Shown piece by piece: positions 26,243-31,107 of a DNA stretch of 31,107 nt. A program made the translations under genes and the position numbers. The first letter of the stretch is position 1, and each line of letters begins with the position of its first letter. The stretch spans positions 1 to 31,107 of the forward strand of contig JBNJGH010000034.1 in NCBI GenBank assembly GCA_051747585.1. The letters run 5' to 3'. This stretch comes from Candidatus Rifleibacteriota bacterium. GTDB lineage: Bacteria > Muiribacteriota > Ozemobacteria > Ozemobacterales > Ozemobacteraceae. The notes under the pieces were generated by a model, which searched no databases, was not told the DNA's origin, and worked only from the letters and a program-made list of their open reading frames with translations.

Positions 26243-26320
26243 CGTATTCGTATTCGCATTCGTTATCGTGCCCGTGCTCGTGCTCGTGCTCGTAATCGTA
26301 ATCGTAATCGTTGTCGATTC
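26243..26320. repeat. Degenerate hexamer tandem array (CGTNNT-type), 13 units
   Basis: cgtatt cgtatt cgcatt cgttat cgtgcc cgtgct cgtgct cgtgct cgtaat cgtaat cgtaat cgttgt cgattc. Confidence 0.9.
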
Positions 26321-26360
26321 TCTTAGATCACCAGGAAGGCCTGTAAGCTGTCATAATATA

Positions 26361-26430
26361 TTGGTGGTTGAGCGTAGTCGAAGCCACCAAATGGACGGTT
26401 ACAGGGTCCCTTCGGCTCCGCTCAGGAACC
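26361..26430. repeat. Inverted pair of REP-like hairpin units
   Basis: tgagcgtagtcgaag (26369-26383) and the reverse complement of 26410-26424 (tgagcggagccgaag) are 13/15 identical. Each sits in its own stem (ttggtgg/ccaccaa; ggttcc/gggacc on the minus strand). Confidence 0.75.
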
Positions 26431-26440
26431 ATACTGGCCC

Positions 26441-26478
26441 GTCATTCCTGACCGGTTTTAACCGGATCAGGAATCCAG
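26441..26478. repeat. GTCATTCC...GGAATCCAG-type palindromic element
   Basis: attcctga-ccggtt-tt-aaccgg-a-tcaggaat stem flanked by gtc and ccag. Confidence 0.7.
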
Positions 26479-26527
26479 AATAATCGTCGGTAACCAGCTA
26501 ATAATCCCAAATAAAGAATTACTGAGT

Positions 26528-29500
26528 TTAAATGTCTTTTACGATTCTGCTTAGTTCATTCATCGAGAATGGCTTGGAAAGGCTGTTGTCAAAACCGAAT
26601 TCCTGGGGCGTAGTAATTACCGGATCTGAAGAATAACCGCTTGCAGCAAATATTGGAACTTTTATGCCCGAGTTTCTTATAATTTCGCAGGCTTCTTTGC
26701 CTCCCATTTTACCCGGTATTGTCAAATCTAAAATAGCAGCATGATATTCATTATTTTTGTTAATAATTTCTGTTATAGCCTCTTTTCCATCACGGGTCGG
26801 ATATACTTCAAATCCCATCTTTTTAAGCATTTCGGCAAGAACGGTTCTTACAAGTTCTTCGTCATCCATGATCAGAATCTTGCCTTTAGGCTTTTCTTTG
26901 CTCAGGTTGGTATTTTTGTTTGCAAACCCTTTTCGATTGCCGTTTTCTGCGGGAAGGAAGATTGAGAAAATACAGCCGCTGCCGTTTTCTTTAACTTTTA
27001 CGGTTATCAGCCCGTCGTGTCGTTTTAAAATCGAGTATGAAATAGCAAGCCCGAGCCCTTGTCTGCCTACCTTGGTAGAGAAGAACGGATCAAATAGTTT
27101 GTTCAAAAATTTTGGCGGTATTCCCGGGCCGTTATCTTCAAATGAAATTTTGACATAATCATTTTCGGGCAAATTGGCGATTTCGTTTTGTTTGAGGTGT
27201 ACATTGCAACCTGAGACTTTTACGACGCCGGCTTCGGGCATTACCTGGCGGGCATTTAAAATTATATTGTTAACAACCTGTGAAATCTGATCCTTGTCAA
27301 AGGCACAAAGCCAAAGCTGTGGGTTTTCGTTGCATTCAAGTTTAACTTTAGACCCGGCCAGCGCGAACTTTGCGGCTTCTAAAATTGCCGGCATGATTGG
27401 GTTTATTGTTTTAGACGGTTCGCCGCCTCGAGAAAAAGTTAGAAGCTGCCTGGTGAGACCTTTCGCCGGGTCCATACTTTTCATCGCGCTTTCGAGAAAC
27501 TCGGAAGCTTGGCTAATGTTTTTGTTGCTGAGTTCTGCTAACGCCAGGTCTATGTTGCCGAAAACACCGCATAAAAAGTTGTTGAAGTTGTGGGCAATGC
27601 CGCCGGCAAGTTCGCCTAATGCTTCTAATTTTTGACTGCGGTTGGCAATTTTTTCGAGTTTTATTCTTTCTTCTTCTATTTGCTTTCTTTCGGTTATGTC
27701 ATAAATTATGCCGGTCAATTTATCGGGGTTGTTGTTTTCATCTTTTATTACTTCTCCGATTTCACCCCACAGGGTTCTGACTTCGCCATCGGGTCTAACT
27801 ATGCGATATTCAACCGGCGCTGATCTGCCGGTTTCTATGGCTAAATTGTTTGTTTCTTCGACTTTGGCAGCATCTTCGGGATGGACAAATCGTTGAAAAA
27901 TTTTTGCATGAATGCCTTCGAACTTATTCTTAGCTACACCGAAAATATTAAACATCTCGTCTGACCATGTTAATTTGTCGCTTTTTATATCCCATTGCCA
28001 GCTGCCTATATGAGCGATTTTCTGTGCTTTTTTTAAGACTTCTGCCTGTTCTTTAAAGGCAATTTGTGATTTTATTCGATCTGTTGCTTCGATCAGGGTA
28101 AATACCAGTGAAGTAACTTTTTTATTCTCATTTTTGACCGGTATGAGGCTTAGATCCCAGTATGTGAGCCCTTTTTCGAGTTGATCCCCAAAAATAAATG
28201 GTTTCGAATTCTTGAAAAGCGGATTTCCAGTTTTAGTTGCTTGTAAGAAAAGTGCCTTAAGCTCGGCATTGGGGTAGAGTTCGAAATAATTTTTCCCTTT
28301 AAAAAAGGCTTTTGCTTGATTGAAGTTTTCGGCAAAAGCCTTGTTGGCCCAGGTTATATTAAAGTCGGGATCAAGCGAAGCCGTTAGTATGTGAGTGTTC
28401 TCGAGTATTGCCGATAAAGTCTGGCTGGTTTCTCTATATTTTTTTTCGCTGACTTTAAGCGCATGCTCACTTTGTTTTACTTTTGTAATGTCGATAAAAG
28501 TCAGAACCACCCCTTCTATACGGTCATCCCGGGTTCTGAATGGAAGGATTTTTCGCATGAAAAATCTTCCGTCAGCTGACTCGATTTCTTTGTTCTCGGG
28601 AATCAAGGTGTCGATTACTTTATGAATACTTTTTTCCAGCTGCTGGTCTTTAAGATGGTTGCTTAAATCGACTATGGGCCGACCTATGTCTGATGGTATC
28701 AAATTAAACAGGGCTTTTGCGCTTGGTGTGAACCTGCGTATTATAAGATTGCGATCAAGAAAAACAGTGGCTACATCGCTACTGTTTATAAAATTCAAGA
28801 TGTCGTCGTTAACTTCTTCGAGCTCTGTAACTTTTTCAGATAATTTCCTGTTTAAAGATTTCTGCTCCTCATTTAATGACTGAAGTTCTTCTTTGGAAGT
28901 TTCGAGCTCTTCATTTGTCGACTGCAATTCTTCGTTCATCGACATCATTTCTTCGTTAGATGCTTTTAGCTCTTCATTTGAAGTTTCCAATTCTTCTATT
29001 GTATTGCGCAGGTCTTCGCGGGTTTCCTGAAGTTCCTGTTCGAGCTGATTTACAATAGAGTCTTCGTTAGAGTCTTGTTCTGCTTCTGTGGGTAAAACAA
29101 TCTCTACCGTAGCTTCATCAGTAAAAGAAATAAGCCGCAAACCATCAGGTAAAGAAATATCTGAAATCGGCGAGACTTTTGCCGTAACCGAATGTATTTC
29201 CTGACCGCGGTTGATTTTTATGCGTGAAAGAACTATTTCTTCTTTAGCTTTGCGGCTTTTTCGTATTGCAGCCCTGAGTTTTGTTTTTAACCCTTCTTTT
29301 AAAAGAGAAGTAAGGTCGAAGTTCGGTTCGTTCTTAGGCAAGTTAAGGTAGTTCTCGGTGGGACCAAAAAAATATATTATTTGATCTTTTGCATTAATTA
29401 TAACCGCTGCAGGTGCGAATTCTTTGAGCAGCCTGTTATGCATCAATTTTTCCAGTTTTTTTAACAATCCGGGGGGTCTGGTGTCGGCAGAAACCGGTCT

Positions 29501-30973
29501 GGGCATTCTCGTTTGATTTTTTATAAGCTTGCTATAATCTATGCCGGAGTTTGCTTTTGTTTTAACTTGAAAAACTCTTGCTTTTTTTGATATCAGCTTG
29601 AACTTGTCGTTTTCATGTCTTACTGTTTCGGAATTGCCAAGAATAAGAAAACCGTTCTTTTTTAGAGCGAAATTGAATAAATCAATAATGCTCTCCTGGG
29701 CTTCAGGAGTGAAATAGATTAGAAGATTGCGACAGCTTATCAGGTCCAGGTCAGAAAATGGTGGGTCGCTGATAAGATTTTGTTCTGCAAATACTATTGA
29801 CTCTCTTATTGTGCGGTCGATTCGGTAGCTTTTTTCTTGAAGGTGAAAATATTTATTGAGTCGTTCTGCTGAAATTTGCTCTGCAATGTTTTTCGGGAAC
29901 AAGCCCGATCTGGCTTTAGCGATAGAAAAATCGTCTATGTCGGTAGCAAAAATTTGAGCATTGTAGGGTTTTTGTAGCTCTGTTGACAGTTCTTTGATCA
30001 GTATGGCAAGGCTGTAGGCCTCTTCGCCGGTCGAGCATCCGGGAACCCATATTCTCACTGGAACCTCTTCTGGAGAGTCCTTTACCAGATCTTTAAGAAC
30101 ATTTTCTTTTAAATATTGCCATAAAGCCGGATCTCGGAAAAATTCAGTCACTCCGATCAATAAGTCATGAAAAAGATCCCGAATTTCTACGGGATTGTCA
30201 TTGAGAAGCTTGATATAAGCGCTCATTTCTTTGATATTTTGCAGCCCCATGCGTCTTAAAATTCTTCGTATTAACGTGTTTTTTTTGTAAAATCTCAGGT
30301 CATAACCAATAGATGCCCTTATAATGGCAAGTATCTGATCCAGGTCGTCGACATTTTTTAAGGCCAGCGATTTTTTAAGATAAGGATGTGAAACAAAATT
30401 CAACACTGCCTCGGGCATCTCTTCGGGCTGCAGACAAAGGTCTACCAGACCTGACTTTATCGCGTTTTCCGGCATTTCAGAAAATTCTGCAGATTCCGGG
30501 CTTTGGGCTATAACCATGCCGCCTTTTTCTTTTACGAATCTTATTCCGACAGAACCATCGCTCATAGTTCCGGAAAGGATTATTCCTATGGTTTGCTCTT
30601 CAAAAATATGAGCCATAGATTTGAAGAAAATGTCGATGGGAAGATCCAGAGTATTGTCTGTATAAGGGGTGGATACCGAAAATTTTGTTGTTTTTAATTC
30701 TACAATTTTGCCAGGTGGAGAAAGATAAATATGGCCGGGTAAAATCGGCATTTCATTTTCTATGTTTTTTATTGGTAGCGAAGTGTGTCTTTGAAGTATT
30801 TCGTCGAGCAGATTTTTGTTGTCGGGGTTTTTATGACTGATGACTACAAAAGAAAGGTTTGTGTCTGAAGGAATTTGTTTGAAAAATTCGGTGCAGGGCG
30901 CAAGTCCCCCTGCAGAATAACCTATGCCAACAATTGGCCCCGGTTGAGTAAAGCCTTTGTTGTCGTTTCCCAT
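26528..30973 (-). CDS. CheB methylesterase-CheR methyltransferase-PAS-histidine kinase-receiver fusion protein
   Basis: CheB: VGIGYSAGG, SH, LPIDIFF, LSGTMSDG. CheR: GVTEFFRD, RIWVPGCSTGEEAYS, FATDID, ISCRNLLIY. These are followed by an EELQSTNEE coiled coil, several PAS domains, HisKA AGGIAHNFNN, HATPase DNGPGI..FDPFFSTK..GLGL and REC ILIMDDE..ILDLTIPG..SKPF. Confidence 0.95.
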   Translation of the reverse strand: MGNDNKGFTQPGPIVGIGYSAGGLAPCTEFFKQIPSDTNLSFVVISHKNPDNKNLLDEILQRHTSLPIKNIENEMPILPGHIYLSPPGKIVELKTTKFSVSTPYTDNTLDLPIDIFFKSMAHIFEEQTIGIILSGTMSDGSVGIRFVKEKGGMVIAQSPESAEFSEMPENAIKSGLVDLCLQPEEMPEAVLNFVSHPYLKKSLALKNVDDLDQILAIIRASIGYDLRFYKKNTLIRRILRRMGLQNIKEMSAYIKLLNDNPVEIRDLFHDLLIGVTEFFRDPALWQYLKENVLKDLVKDSPEEVPVRIWVPGCSTGEEAYSLAILIKELSTELQKPYNAQIFATDIDDFSIAKARSGLFPKNIAEQISAERLNKYFHLQEKSYRIDRTIRESIVFAEQNLISDPPFSDLDLISCRNLLIYFTPEAQESIIDLFNFALKKNGFLILGNSETVRHENDKFKLISKKARVFQVKTKANSGIDYSKLIKNQTRMPRPVSADTRPPGLLKKLEKLMHNRLLKEFAPAAVIINAKDQIIYFFGPTENYLNLPKNEPNFDLTSLLKEGLKTKLRAAIRKSRKAKEEIVLSRIKINRGQEIHSVTAKVSPISDISLPDGLRLISFTDEATVEIVLPTEAEQDSNEDSIVNQLEQELQETREDLRNTIEELETSNEELKASNEEMMSMNEELQSTNEELETSKEELQSLNEEQKSLNRKLSEKVTELEEVNDDILNFINSSDVATVFLDRNLIIRRFTPSAKALFNLIPSDIGRPIVDLSNHLKDQQLEKSIHKVIDTLIPENKEIESADGRFFMRKILPFRTRDDRIEGVVLTFIDITKVKQSEHALKVSEKKYRETSQTLSAILENTHILTASLDPDFNITWANKAFAENFNQAKAFFKGKNYFELYPNAELKALFLQATKTGNPLFKNSKPFIFGDQLEKGLTYWDLSLIPVKNENKKVTSLVFTLIEATDRIKSQIAFKEQAEVLKKAQKIAHIGSWQWDIKSDKLTWSDEMFNIFGVAKNKFEGIHAKIFQRFVHPEDAAKVEETNNLAIETGRSAPVEYRIVRPDGEVRTLWGEIGEVIKDENNNPDKLTGIIYDITERKQIEEERIKLEKIANRSQKLEALGELAGGIAHNFNNFLCGVFGNIDLALAELSNKNISQASEFLESAMKSMDPAKGLTRQLLTFSRGGEPSKTINPIMPAILEAAKFALAGSKVKLECNENPQLWLCAFDKDQISQVVNNIILNARQVMPEAGVVKVSGCNVHLKQNEIANLPENDYVKISFEDNGPGIPPKFLNKLFDPFFSTKVGRQGLGLAISYSILKRHDGLITVKVKENGSGCIFSIFLPAENGNRKGFANKNTNLSKEKPKGKILIMDDEELVRTVLAEMLKKMGFEVYPTRDGKEAITEIINKNNEYHAAILDLTIPGKMGGKEACEIIRNSGIKVPIFAASGYSSDPVITTPQEFGFDNSLSKPFSMNELSRIVKDI

Positions 30974-30988
30974 CTCTCTCTCTCTCTC
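30973..30988. repeat. (TC)8 / (GA)8 dinucleotide microsatellite abutting the cheBR start codon
   Basis: The plus strand reads ca-tctctctctctctctc-aatcctttt; the coding strand reads AAAGGATT-GAGAGAGAGAGAGAG-ATG. Confidence 0.85.
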
Positions 30989-31031
30989 AATCCTTTTTTA
31001 TTTTACCATATATATTTATGCCACAGCTTTT

Positions 31032-31052
31032 AATGCAAATGCAAATGCAAAT
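31032..31052. repeat. Short tandem repeat (AATGCA)x3.5 in the cheBR upstream region
   Basis: aatgca aatgca aatgca aat. Confidence 0.6.
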
Positions 31053-31107
31053 TTAAAAATTAATTAACAAAATTAAAATCATAAAGCAGCATAGGATAAC
31101 ATAAAAA

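Noticed and set aside
26243..26478. Possible CRISPR array
   Set aside because: There are no identical 23-47 bp repeats with unique spacers and no cas genes.
26268..26483. 71-aa ORF MPVLVLVLVIVIVIVVD...
   Set aside because: The hydrophobic run is just the translated hexamer array, the rest crosses REP-like hairpins, and there is no SD.

Overview
This 31 kb window is from an AT-leaning, apparently diderm bacterium, is densely coding, and shows no rRNA, tRNA, CRISPR array or transposase. Left to right it holds: (1) the 3' end of a radical SAM/SPASM gene converging, across a hairpin-rich spacer, on a minus-strand cluster of LptF/G permease, degenerate 5'-nucleotidase-like protein, DUF2993/LmeA-like protein and a secreted 33-Cys, Lys/His-rich repeat protein with a palindrome in its predicted promoter; (2) a plus-strand nonulosonic (pseudaminic-type) acid cluster: ugd, nucleotidyltransferase, pseB, pseC, SpsF-type cytidylyltransferase, pseG-like, NeuB/PseI synthase, Pse-associated methyltransferase and Maf glycosyltransferase, with no pseH; (3) a tightly coupled operon of three SPFH (HflK/HflC-type) proteins plus a P1B heavy-metal ATPase, behind a sigma70-like promoter overlapped by a perfect 9-4-9 palindrome; (4) ferredoxin-hutH-hutI-aroF; (5) a minus-strand K+ channel and a CheB-CheR-PAS-histidine kinase-REC fusion, separated by a spacer carrying a hexamer microsatellite and REP-like hairpins. 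The best candidates for an undescribed system are the SPFH/P1B-ATPase operon and the secreted Cys-rich protein. All calls come from reading motifs by eye; no database search was run.
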